In this document: positions 46,362 through 56,872 of the stretch, piece by piece | Position numbering within the stretch: position 1 is the stretch's first letter | How the letters are laid out: each line of letters opens with the position of its first letter | NCBI GenBank assembly: GCA_951406725.2 | Contig: OX597837.1 | Coordinates: forward strand, 43,958,001-44,022,000 | Direction: 5' to 3' | DNA length: 64,000 nt | Origin: Octopus vulgaris | Lineage: Eukaryota | Made by a program: the position numbers and the translations under genes | The notes under the pieces: model-generated | Told to the model about the DNA's origin: nothing | The model's input: the letters and a program-made list of their open reading frames with translations, nothing else | Databases searched by the model: none

Positions 46362-46401
46362 TTTATTTCTTTTTAATCTATTTATTGCATTCTACTTTAT
46401 T
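46362..46401 (-). terminator. Candidate polyadenylation signals of gene A
   Basis: Three AATAAA hexamers on the minus strand (tttatt at 46362, 46381, 46396), 64-100 nt after the stop. AT-rich context lowers specificity. Confidence 0.4.
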
Positions 46402-46464
46402 ACCATTTCCTTTAATTGGAATTTACAACAACAGAAAAATAAATAAAATAGAAAATGTGGGATT

Positions 46465-46897
46465 TCAATATTGTGTCGGCACAACGGCCACACAAGATAA
46501 GACCATCAACCAAATACTCGTGGATAACCTAAGGGCTTTGTTGGCGTGAGAGAAACCTTCATTGTCTTTAGTCAATCTGATGCTACCGACAGCGGTTGGG
46601 ATATTAGTGGGAGTAGAATCGCTGGTTGAAGGCGATCTCGTAGAATGAAATTCGGTTTTTCTGCTAACATTCCAGAAGTGGTTGCTAAACGATTCGGCCA
46701 CGGAAAATCTTGTCAGCTGCAGTTGTTCCTCGGAACTTTTGAATGGAGTCGAAGCGAAAAGATAGCTACACGCATGGGTTTCATTAGTGAGGGCGGTGGG
46801 ACAAAATGTCTTCACAGAAACCTTCCGGTGCCAAACTAGGTTGCCTTGGTATTCGAGGTAGATTGTGTGCTCTTCTAAATCTTCAGGCTGAGCTAGA
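46465..46897 (-). CDS. Gene A terminal exon: rest of ligand-binding domain with Cys-loop, plus hydrophobic C-terminal tail and stop
   Basis: Acceptor tactttcag in phase 2; 143 codons to TGA. G.LVW, KTFCPTALTNETHACSYLFAS (Cys-loop), SNHFW, SIRLTK (beta10), then DNEGFSHANKALRLSTSIWLMVLSCVAVVPTQY*. Confidence 0.9.
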
Positions 46898-46961
46898 CTG
46901 AAAGTACAAAATATATACGGAATATATATACAGTATTTATAGACAGCCCAATCGTAGTACA

Positions 46962-47032
<71 letters not shown>

Positions 47033-47142
47033 ACAGACACAGACACACACACACACACACAGACATACACACATTTACTCACGCACACACATAAAATTTT
47101 CATTTAATGACATAATATAATAGATATATATACTTATACGTA

Positions 47143-47924
47143 GGGCGGCGAGCTGGCAGAAACGTTAGCACGCCGGGCGAAATGCTTAGCGGTATTTCGT
47201 CTGTCGTTACGTTCTGAGTTCAAATTCCGCCGAGGTCGACTTTGCCTTTTATCCTTTCGGGGTCGATAAATTAAGTACCAGTTACGCACTGGGGTCGATG
47301 TAAACGACTTAATACCTATGTCTGTCCTTGTTTGTCCCCTCTATGTTTAGCCCCTTGTGGGTAATAAAGAAATAGGTATTTCGTCTGCCGCTATGTTCTG
47401 AGTTCAAATTCCACCGAGGTCAACTTTGCCTTTCATCCTTTCAGGGTCGATTAAATAAATACCAGTTACGCACTGGGGTCGATATAATCGACTTAATCCA
47501 TTTGTCAGTCATTGTTTGTCCCCTCTGTGTTTAGCCCCTTGTGGGTAGTAAAGAAATAGGTATTTCGTCTGCCGCTACGTTCTGAGTTCAAATTCCACCG
47601 AGGTCAACTTTGCCTTTCATCCTTTCAGGGTCGATTAAATAAATACCAGTTACGCACTGGGGTCGATATAATCGACTTAATCCATTTGTCAGTCATTGTT
47701 TGTCCCCTCTGTGTTTAGCCCTTGTGGGTAGTAAAGAAATAGGTATTTCGTCTGCCGCTACGTTCTGAGTTCAAATTCCGCCGAGGTCGACTTTGCCTTT
47801 CATCCTATCAGGGTTGCTTAAATAAGTACCAGTTACGCACTGGGGTCGATGTAATCGACTTAATCCGTTTGTCTGTCCTTGTTTGTCCTTTCTATGTTTA
47901 GACCCTTGTGGGCAATAAAGAAAT
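47143..47924 (+). mobile_element. SINE family 1 tetramer (~184 bp period)
   Basis: Units start ggtatttcgtctg at 47191, 47375, 47559, 47742; flanked by atatatacttata direct repeats. Confidence 0.9.
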
Positions 47925-48740
47925 ATATATACTTATAAGTGCTCGGTTTAGTTTACCACTAAAACACCGGCTTGAACTCTAAAGGCGGTGTTGAAATTGC
48001 CTATCAAAAATTGTTAAAAGTGGCTCACCATTGAGAGGGCAGATATATCGTAGAAATGGAGAATGAACAAGCCCTATATTTATGTGCGGTGGGGTGTCCA
48101 AATTAACGTGGATGTTTCGTTAGAAAACAGAACACTACGTTGTTTACCCAAGGAGAACGTCTCATGGTTGCGTGGTGCAAAAAATAAGCAAATCCAATGA
48201 TCTAAATAGGAGTGTTTTTGTGCACCACAAGTCCTTATGAGAGGTTCTCTCATGGTAAATAATGCTCAAGGATACATGTTGGCCGGTTCACGAATCGAAA
48301 CCACAATCTTATTTCTTTATTGCCCACAAGGGGCTAAACGAAGAGGGAACAAACAAGGACAGACAAACGGATTAAGTCGATTATATCGACCCCAGGGCGT
48401 GACTGGTATTTATTTAATCGACCCCGAAAGGATGAAAGGCAAAGTTGACCTCGGCGGAATTTGAACTCAGAACGTAGCGGCAAACGAATACCGCTAAACA
48501 TTTTACCCGGCGTGCTAACGTTTCTGCCAGCGATCATGAGTATAATGCCCGAACCACTACGCCACGCACCTCCAAGATACAATAAATACCGAACTTAAAA
48601 TGAATCTTGGGGTCTATTCTTTCGACTGAAAATTCTTCAAGTTGATGCTCCAGTATGAGCGCAGACAAATGAGTAAAACGAGTAAAAAGTAATAAGATAG
48701 AAGATACTTTGATAATTTGATGGAATTATCAGAAACTTAC

Positions 48741-48841
48741 CCGTTCAGAAGAAATAGGTTAGGGGTCCAAACCCTTGCTTTTTGAGTATAGATACTTTGC
48801 AGTCTTTGAGGGTACCATGCAAGACGTCTATCAGACCATCT
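48741..48841 (-). CDS. Gene A exon 3 (101 nt, absent from ORF track)
   Basis: Acceptor ttttttcaag, donor AAC GG|gtaagt, phases 0 to 2. RWSDRRLAWYPQRLQSIYTQKARVWTPNLFLLNG matches the W.D.RL.W and W.P.(I/L)..N signatures of pLGICs. Confidence 0.93.
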
Positions 48842-48916
48842 CTTGAAAAAAAATGACGAGAGAGAAAAATTGAAATAGTCTTAGATGTATCACGTTATCA
48901 GGTGAATGGGGTTGTT

Positions 48917-49361
48917 GGATCATTTCGGTTTGAACGGCAGTTTTTAACATAATGTCTAGGTAACTAAAAAAATTTTAACTTCGTATACTGGTAGAATGTG
49001 TTTATAAAACATCTTTTTTTCTTGGCTTTATTGAGAAAATTCTATAGTTTGTAAGATATTTGCTGTTTTTTTTACTTCAATTTCTGCAATTTCAACCAAT
49101 CAATGACCGTCTATTGAGGTGAAAACATTCTGTAACGTATGAATATGTCCCCCGTTTAAGAAACAGACTGGGTTTATTTACATTTCTGAAGAAAAAGAGA
49201 TACCCTTCCCCCCACCCCTAACTCTAGCCCTAACCTTAACCCTAACTAACCCTAACCCAAAAACAGATTGAAATGCAATAGATCGATACTAGGGTCATAA
49301 TTATGGGTGACAATTTCATATGACACCGCTAGAAAAACTGACTTTCAAACCGAAAAGATCC
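48917..49361. mobile_element. MITE with ~29 bp imperfect TIRs and 8 bp TSD, in gene A intron
   Basis: GGATCATTTCGGTTTGAACGGCAGTTTTT...AAAAACTGACTTTCAAACCGAAAAGATCC; flanks gggttgtt/gggttgtc; internal CCCTAA-like repeats. Confidence 0.8.
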
Positions 49362-50014
49362 GGGTTGTCTTTTATGAATTTAATGGAATGTAAATAATCG
49401 CTGATTGACGAATGAAATGGAAGAAGGACAGAGAGGAGGAAGATGAGGCGGAGGAAGAAGAGAAATAGGGAAGAAAAGGTGAAGAAGTAAAGGAATAGAA
49501 GCAGCAGCAGCGGTGGTGGTGGATTAGAAGAAGAAGGGGAAGGTGAAGAAGAAGAAGAAGAAGAAGAAGAAGAGAAGAAGAAGAAGAAGAAGAAGAAGAA
49601 GAAGAAGAAGGGGAAGGTGGAAGAAGAAGAAGAAGAAGAAGAAGAAGAAGAAGAAGAAGGGGAAGGTGGAAGAAGAAGAAGGGGAAGGTGGAAGAAGAAG
49701 AAGAAGAAGAAGAAGAAGGGGAAGGTGGAAGAAGAAGAAGGGGAAGGTGGAAGAAGAAGAAGGGGAAGGTGGAAGAAGAAGAAGAAGAAGAAGAAGAAGA
49801 AGAAGAAGAAGAAGAAGAAGAAGAAGAAGAAGAAGAAGAAGAAGAAGAATGAGGAAGAAGAAGTAGAAGAAGAAGATGGGGAATATGGAAGACGAAGAAG
49901 GAGAAGAAGAAGAACCGAGAAAGAATTTCAGAATCCATAAGAAGTGTGATGCCATCTTGTGTAAGATAAACATATGAAGAACATAGTTAATTAAAATGGT
50001 TAATTAAAACTGAC

Positions 50015-50231
50015 CAGGCTAAGAGAGAGTAATGAGTGCAGCATTTGATTGGTGACGTCGAAGTTGTATATGTGGTCCAGAGTGGCCTCCATCCTCACCA
50101 GAACCGGTTCCGTGTGGTTGGGTTGAGGCCGGATGCGCTTGTCATATTCGACGAACATCGTGTTGTAAATCTGGGACGCTTCTTCGTAGGCGCGCACTTC
50201 TCGGTTCGACGACGTCGCTCCGACCATGATC
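50015..50231 (-). CDS. Gene A exon 2 (first exon found): Cys-loop/AChBP-like ligand-binding domain N-terminus
   Basis: Acceptor ttactgcag at 50232, donor CTG|gtcagt at 50014, phases 2 to 0. IMVGATSSNREVRAYEEASQIYNTMFVEYDKRIRPQPNHTEPVLVRMEATLDHIYNFDVTNQMLHSLLSLSL contains YDKRIRP, PV.V and D..NQ.L motifs. Confidence 0.92.
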
Positions 50232-50272
50232 CTGCAGTAACAACAACAACAATAATAATAATAACAACAATG

Positions 50273-50326
<54 letters not shown>

Positions 50327-51113
50327 GTAATCATAATAATAATAATAATAATAGGAGGAGGAGGAGGAGGAGGAGGAGGAAGAAGGGGAAGAGAGCTGGT
50401 GGTAGTGGTGGTGCTGGTGGTAGTAGTAGTAGTTGGATGAGGAGGAGGAGGGGGAGGAGGAAAAGGAGAAGCAGCAAGAGGATGGGCTTTTTACAGTTTT
50501 CGTCCGCCAAATCCACTCACAAGGATTTGGTCGGCCTAAGGCTATAGTAGAAGACACTCGCCTACGGTGCCACGCAGTAGGACTGAACTCAGAATCATGT
50601 TGTTGAGAAGCAAGCGTCTTACCACCAGCCAAGTCTGCGCCTATGTGTATAATTTCTGCCCGCATGTGCGTACAAGCGTGTGTCTCTGTTTATTCCCAGT
50701 TTCGAAAAGTTCTGTCGCCAACACAACTTCAATCAGCTGTACTCTATCACCACAACTTTCTCTCACTCTTTCTTCATACTTCTGCCACAAAGCAGAGGAA
50801 CCATGGTGTAACCCACTATGGTGTGGTAAAACTTTCAGTCCCTAGTCTAGATTGCGAATCCTCTGTACCCCAGGAGGGTTCAGCTCTCCACCCGTTAAAA
50901 GCTACCGTTTACTGAATGAGGACAACAACGTAGCTTTCGCGCCCGTGCAACCTCCAGTCATTCGCGTGTAGTGGGTGGTTTCTTAGTAGCTTAGAGTAGG
51001 CTCGAATTAGAGATTATTCTTTGTGGCTAATGGCGTGAGTCCTGATTGGAAGAAGAAGAAGAAGAAGAAGACAACAGCAACATCTTGTGAAAGTCGATAT
51101 TAAAAATTTATTT

Positions 51114-51929
51114 AAGGCGGCGAGCTGGTAGAAACTTTAGCACGCCGGGCGAAATGTTTAGCGATATTTCGTCTGCCGTTACGTTCTGAGTTCAAATTCC
51201 ACCGAGGTCGACTTTGCCTTTCATCCTTTCGGGGTCGATTAAATAAGTACCAGTTACGCACTGGGGTCGATGTAATCGACTTAATCCGTTTGTCTGTCCT
51301 TGTTTGTCCCCTCTGTGTTTAGCCCCTTGTGGGTAGTAAAGAAATAGATATTTCGTCTGCCGTTACTTTCTGAGTTCAAATTCCGCCGAGGTCGACTTTG
51401 CCTTTCATCCTTTCGGGGTCGATTAAATAAGTACCAGTTACGCACTGGGGTCGATATAATCGACTTAATCCGTTTGTCTGTCCTTGTTTGTCCCCTCTGT
51501 GTTTATATAGGAGCACTCCGTCGGTTACGACGATGAGGGTCCCAGCTGATACGATCAACGGAACAGCTTGCTCGTAGAATTAACGTGCAAGTGGCTGAGC
51601 ATTCCACAGACACGTGTACCCTTAAAGTAGTTCGCGAGGAGATTCAGCGTGACACAGAGTGTGACAAGGCTGGCCCTTTGAAATACAGGTACAACAGAAA
51701 CAGGAAGTAAGAGTGAGAGAAAGTTGTGGTGAAAGAGTACAGCAGGGTTCACCACCACCCCCTGCAGGAGCCTCGTGGAGCTTTTAGGTGTTTTCGCTCA
51801 ATAAACACTCACAATGCCCGGTCTGGGAATCGAAACCGCGATCCTACGACCGCGAGTCCGCTGCCCTAACCACTGGGCCATTGCGCCTCCACCCTCTGTG
51901 GTTAGCCCCTTGTGGGTAGTAAAGAAATA
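51114..51929 (+). mobile_element. SINE family 1 dimer with nested family 2 SINE (about 51505-51891, minus)
   Basis: Outer 18 bp TSD gatatta(a/g)aaatttattt; inner duplication cctctgtgNtta. Confidence 0.88.
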
Positions 51930-52590
51930 GATATTAGAAATTTATTTTACTCATCGTTCCGGTAGACTTCGACATTCCAAAGTCTAAGGTTTCGTTTTCA
52001 ATATCTCATTTTATTTTTGTTTGTTTGTTGTTTCTTTGTGATTTGTTGTTTATTTTATTTTCCTTATCTTATTTTTGCCTTTCTTACGTTTCGGTGGTGT
52101 GGGCGGTGTTGGTTCGTTTGTGGCGGCGGTGCAGCTTCCTATTATAGTCTCTAGGACTTATCTTGGTATGATCAGCTGACTGGTGTCATATGATATACTA
52201 GAGCAAAACTAGTGAAAGCATGAATGTATGTATACGAGAAATGTCGGGTGTGTATACACACACACACATATACACAAACACACATACACACACAGATACA
52301 CACACACATGTACTCACACATATACAAATGTATGCATATATATATACACACACGTACATGCATACATACATATACGTACGCACACACATACACACACATA
52401 CATACACATATACCCATATACAAATGTATGCATATATATATATATACACACACACATGCATGCATACATACACACACATACATACATACATACATACATA
52501 CGTACGTACGTACATACATACATACGTACATACATACATACATATATACATACATACATACATACACACATACGTACGTACATACATACA

Positions 52591-52624
<34 letters not shown>

Positions 52625-52973
52625 CAAATGTATGCATATATATATATACACACACATACATGCATACATACACACACATACATACATACATACATACATA
52701 CATACATACATACGTACGTACGTACGTACGTACGTACATACACACATACGTACATACGTACATACATACATACATACATACATACATACATACATACATA
52801 CATACATACATACATACATACATACATGAATGCATGCATGCATGCATACACATATATATACACTCAGGGCTCGAGCAAGTGTGCCTGAATGCTAAACATG
52901 CGTCTGGATACAAGTGTATGGGGTATATGATATATGTGTGTGTAGGAGGGTGTACACATAAATACATGTGTGT

Positions 52974-53019
<46 letters not shown>

Positions 53020-53368
53020 ATGAATACATAGGACTTGATTGCTGTATGTGCATTTGTAATTAAGTATATGGATTACAGGATGAAATATATACACGAAAAT
53101 TAGTGTTTGTACGGATATAATTGAGCGTGTTTCATATTTCAAAATGGCTGTATATATTGATATAGGTGTGTAAGTGATCACGTGATTGTATCTATGCGCG
53201 TCACTGGTTTCAAGTTTAGTTTGACAGCTCAGCAAATCTACTTAACTAGACTCATATGCGTACGCGCGTATGTTTATGTATGTATAGAGATATAGATGCA
53301 CATGCGTCTGTGTTTACGTATACATGTGCACACCCTTGCATATATGTATCTATATATACATACATACC

Positions 53369-53452
<84 letters not shown>

Positions 53453-53470
53453 TATTTACATGTTCGGTTC

Positions 53471-53742
53471 TTCTTGAAAAACCTTACCTTATCAAAAATA
53501 TTTTTAAAAGTTAAGTGTAATAAGAAAAAGTTCATAATTTTTTTTTACTAGTCTCAACAGAGTCCACGTGGTGGTGTTTTATGGGTGGGGGAGCATAACG
53601 GCTGTCTTGTGCGTTGACTAGAATCGTTGGCTGTAATCGTGAAAACGTGGACTCTGTTGAGACTAGTAAGAAACAATTATGAACTTTTTCTATTACACTT
53701 AACTTTAAAAATATTTTTGATCAGGTTCGTTTTTTTCAAGAA
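53471..53742. repeat. Fold-back element: ~98 bp inverted arms around ~76 bp spacer
   Basis: 53471-53569 is the imperfect reverse complement of 53645-53742; inner actagtctcaacagagtccacgt pairs perfectly. Confidence 0.85.
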
Positions 53743-53819
53743 AATTAAAATTTATTTTTACATAGTGGCATTTTCAAACTTCTTTTTCATAAATACGTAC
53801 CCACTCGTATGCCACCTGC

Positions 53820-53880
<61 letters not shown>

Positions 53881-53943
53881 CACCAGGTGGTGCTATTAAG
53901 TTAGACATGGCCTGGGCCAATAATGGCCGAAGTATACTCTACT

Positions 53944-54375
53944 CACAGTATCCTGCAAAAGTCTCCGGCCACTTTAAACTATAGTAATTTTCTACTAACT
54001 GCCAACTTATAAGTGGATGTTTCGCATCGCGTTTCTTACAGATGAAACATCTCCTTTGTTGGAGTCATTTCCGTACCTAATTATTGTATTCTGAATGAGA
54101 CAGCCAGACTCTGTTGTGTTGCCCGCGATCTCTGGCATGGAGCCCCGTCATACCTTCATCCAAGTCTGGAACCAAATTGTCCTTCAGTAACTGGATGTAT
54201 TTGACACTATTCAAGTTACCGTTAATTTTAACCAACTTTCTGAAACTATCACTTTTTATGTATCTCCAAAGCATCAGACTACAACCCCAACCCCACGCAA
54301 ACTTCACTGTTTTCGTTGTGTAACGTGGGTCGTTTCGCTTTCCTGGAGGCTTTCTGACAAATTCTCGCTTATTAG
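53944..54375 (-). mobile_element. Tc1-like transposon remnant with one TIR-like end
   Basis: VRKPPGKRNDPRYTTKTVKF..SLMLW..LVKINGNLNSVKYIQLLKDNL; cacagtatcctgcaaaagt end at 53944. Confidence 0.8.
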
Positions 54376-54385
54376 ATATATACAT

Positions 54386-54445
<60 letters not shown>

Positions 54446-54552
54446 ATATTATATATATATATATATTAAACTGTATTGACCAGACAATCGGATGTTGGTA
54501 AACATCGCTTGTCACAATGCGCTTCGCCACCCCACAGGCTAGGCCAGTAGGT

Positions 54553-54678
<126 letters not shown>

Positions 54679-55608
54679 GTGTGTGTGTGTTTGTGTGTGT
54701 GCGGGTGGGTGGGTCTATATACACACCCACACACACATATATATATAATAAGTATTTGCGTGTCTGCTTGAGGACTACGTCATTGGAATACATGCCTGCG
54801 GAATACTCAGCCACCTATATGCTAATTTAATGAGCAGATAGTTCAGCTGATAGAAGAATTGAATACAATCTTTGATAATAGTGAGTATGTGTGTGTGTGT
54901 GTGTGTATGTGTGTGTGTGTGTGTGTGTTTGATTTGCGATCGTGTGTTCGATTCCCGGGCCAAGCGGCACGTTGTACCCGTGAGCAAAACTCTTCATTCC
55001 ACGTCACCCCGGCCCACTGCCACTGCAGTCTTATCTCCCTCCAGCAGTTACATCCTGGATATTATTCCTTTCGGTCAAGGACGGGACACTCCGGGATAGT
55101 GTCTCTTTCTCCTCACGAGTGCACACCTAAAACAATTAGCAAAGGTAATGGCATATAGTGTGGAGGCGCGTGGCTGAGTGGTTAGGGTGTCACCACCATG
55201 ATCGTAAGATTGTGGTTTCGATTCCTGGACAGGGTGACGCGTTGTGTTCTTGAGCAAAACACTTCATTTCACGTTGCTCCAGTCCACTCAGCTGGCAAAA
55301 ATGAGTAACGCTGCAATGGACTGGTGTCCCGTCCAACTGGGGAACACATACGCCATTGAAACCGGGAAACCGGGCCCATAGGCTGGCTAGGCTTTAAAAA
55401 GGCGCATTTATTTAGTGGAGGTGCAATGGCCTAGTGGTTAGGTTGTTGAACTCATGATCTTAAGGTTGTGGTTTCGATTCCTGGACCGGGCGATGCGTTG
55501 TGTTCTTGAGCAAAACACTTCATTTCACGTTGCTCCAGTTCACTCAGCTGGGGAACATATACGCCACAGAAACTGGGAAACTGGGCCCATGAGCCTGGCT
55601 AGGAAATA

Positions 55609-55679
<71 letters not shown>

Positions 55680-55708
55680 TATCTATCTATCTACATATAT
55701 ATAATATA

Positions 55709-55747
<39 letters not shown>

Positions 55748-55750
55748 ATA

Positions 55751-55832
<82 letters not shown>

Positions 55833-55834
<2 letters not shown>

Positions 55835-56245
55835 CGTAGGAGTGGTTGTGTGGTAAGTAGCTTGCTTACCAACCACATGGTTCCGGGTTTGGTCCCACAG
55901 CGTGGCACCTTGGGCAAGTGTCTTCTACTATAGCCTTGGGCCGACCAAAGCCTTGTGAGTGGATTTGGTAGACGGAAACTAAAAGAAGCCCGTCGTATAT
56001 ATGTGTATATATATGTGCATGTATGTGTGTGTATATGTTTGTGTATCTGTGTTTGTCCCTCCAACATCGCTTGACAACTGTTTACGTCCCCGTAACTTAG
56101 CGGTTCGGCAAAATACACCGATAGAATAAGTACTAGGCTTCCAAAGAATAAGTCCTGGGGTCGATTTGCTCGACTGAAGGCGGTGCTCCAGCATGGCCGC
56201 AGTCAAATGACTGAAACAAGTAAAAGAGAGTAAAGAGTAAAGAGT
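55833..56245 (+). mobile_element. SINE family 3 copy (others at 37477, 58964 on +; 60050-60443, 50480-50640 on -)
   Basis: Head ggcgtaggagtgg..ggtaag..gggtt..gtccc, internal microsatellite, tail ggcggtgctccagcatggccgcagtcaaatgactgaaac plus gagtaaa repeats. Confidence 0.85.
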
Positions 56246-56426
56246 AAATATATATATATTAAACTTCTTTTAAGAAATCTTATTTATTCACTTCCCTCGC
56301 TTTCAATCCGTGCTAATGGAGCAAATAACTGCAGTTCTTACAGCTATTTTGGCGTCTATTTCTAGCATGTGGCGCTAATCATTAGTGCCTTTAGTATTAT
56401 AATTATATTTATATAATTATATATAC

Positions 56427-56464
<38 letters not shown>

Positions 56465-56637
56465 CCGATAGAATAAGTACTACGCTTACAAAGAATAAGT
56501 CCTAGGGTCGATTTGCTCGACTAAAGGCGGCGCCAGCATGCCGCAGTCAAATGACTGAAACAAGTAAAAGGGTAAAGAGTAAGTAAATGAGTCCCAGGAA
56601 ACTGAACCGGTGAGTGTGCTAAACAATGTCCCCAGAC

Positions 56638-56690
<53 letters not shown>

Positions 56691-56816
56691 AGACCTAACT
56701 TCAGTCGTGATTTAAGATGATGAGTACTCATCAGCCAATTATAGAGGTTTTCCATTAATACAAAAATTTTCAAGTCAAGTGGCAACATCATAGTGAAGGT
56801 AGATATGCAAAGATGT

Positions 56817-56871
<55 letters not shown>

Positions 56872-56872
<1 letters not shown>

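Noticed and set aside
43000-46460. Search for M1-M4 channel exons downstream of gene A
   Set aside because: No P..L/M2-like segments or convincing exons seen; the ORF at 44607-44825 looks more like a decayed retroelement. Checked by eye only.
46898-47103. CV-repeat N-terminus of the 212 aa ORF
   Set aside because: (TG)n intron sequence before the acceptor at 46898.
49530-49910. Poly-Lys/Arg/Glu ORFs
   Set aside because: (GAA)n microsatellite with ggggaaggtg interruptions inside an intron.
50232-50665. N-terminal extension of the 221 aa ORF over gene A exon 2
   Set aside because: SINE and triplet-repeat sequence upstream of a good splice acceptor; intronic.
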